Below are positions 63,800-64,000 of a DNA stretch of 64,000 nt, one piece after another. Made by a program: the position numbers and the translations under genes. This stretch comes from an uncultured Planctomycetaceae bacterium. Lineage in GTDB: Bacteria > Planctomycetota > Planctomycetia > Isosphaerales > Isosphaeraceae. Numbering within the stretch: the stretch's first letter is position 1; each line of letters starts with the position of its first letter. Location: NCBI GenBank assembly GCA_963816015.1, contig CAWFJM010000039.1, positions 34,605-98,604 of the forward strand, written 5' to 3'. Below the pieces are notes generated by a model, which was not told the DNA's origin, ran no database searches, and worked only from the letters and a program-made list of their open reading frames with translations.

Positions 63800-64000
63800 C
63801 GTACTCCGGCCGTCGAGCGGTTCTGCCGGGAGCTTGCCCCCCTGGTGACTGCCGGTCCGCCCGGAATCGCCGGCTACGCGGCGGGACGTCCCTCGCCGCG
63901 GCCGGCGTTCGGCTACTGGCCCGCGCTGGTGCCACGGTCGCTGATCAGCCCTTTCGTCGAGGTCAACTCGGCTTCCGCGTGGTCTGCCGCCCGGCACAGA

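Noticed and set aside
1-64000. Widespread frameshifts as real pseudogenisation or programmed recoding
   Set aside because: Single-base indels hit many unrelated genes (ABC, PRT, CHAD, LOG, GT1), as expected for unpolished long reads; only IS insertions and large deletions were counted as disruptions

Overview
GC-rich bacterial DNA, very likely a planctomycete (Isosphaeraceae-like). This rests on a Planctomycete extracellular 'LEGRQLL' motif, a PVC-type CxxCH heme protein and the repeat types present. Many ordinary genes carry single-base frameshifts, which suggests an unpolished long-read consensus, so single frameshifts are not trusted as biological. Housekeeping and metabolic content: nitrite assimilation (nirB-nirD fusion, narK, hemD), GH63, an ABC-2 exporter, a three-gene surface glycosylation unit, PRT/hydrolase/USP, a CusRS-like two-component system, CHAD, cbpA-cbpM-rnpA-yidD-LOG, GH27, GT1, AMP nucleosidase and tRNA-Ser(GGA). 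The accessory layer is dense, with about ten mobile elements, many of them nested and with target-site duplications that can be resolved to the base. Highlights: (1) a coupled SIR2-like NADase gene plus a giant nSTAND1-TM-WD40 gene, a candidate split NLR-like defence system; (2) a DUF262+HNH (GmrSD-like) operon broken by three stacked IS elements, whose N-terminus can be rebuilt exactly; (3) a head-to-tail dimer of an ORF-less ~340 bp IS200/IS605-like element with an omegaRNA-like right end, the second copy showing a C-to-T tract; (4) a small membrane protein with an in-frame TGA and a SECIS-like hairpin, divergent from an ArsR gene; (5) a GGGGGACATA/TATGTCCCCC palindromic repeat family amplified into 22-, 31- and ~190-bp tandem units; (6) a five-gene deletion mosaic.
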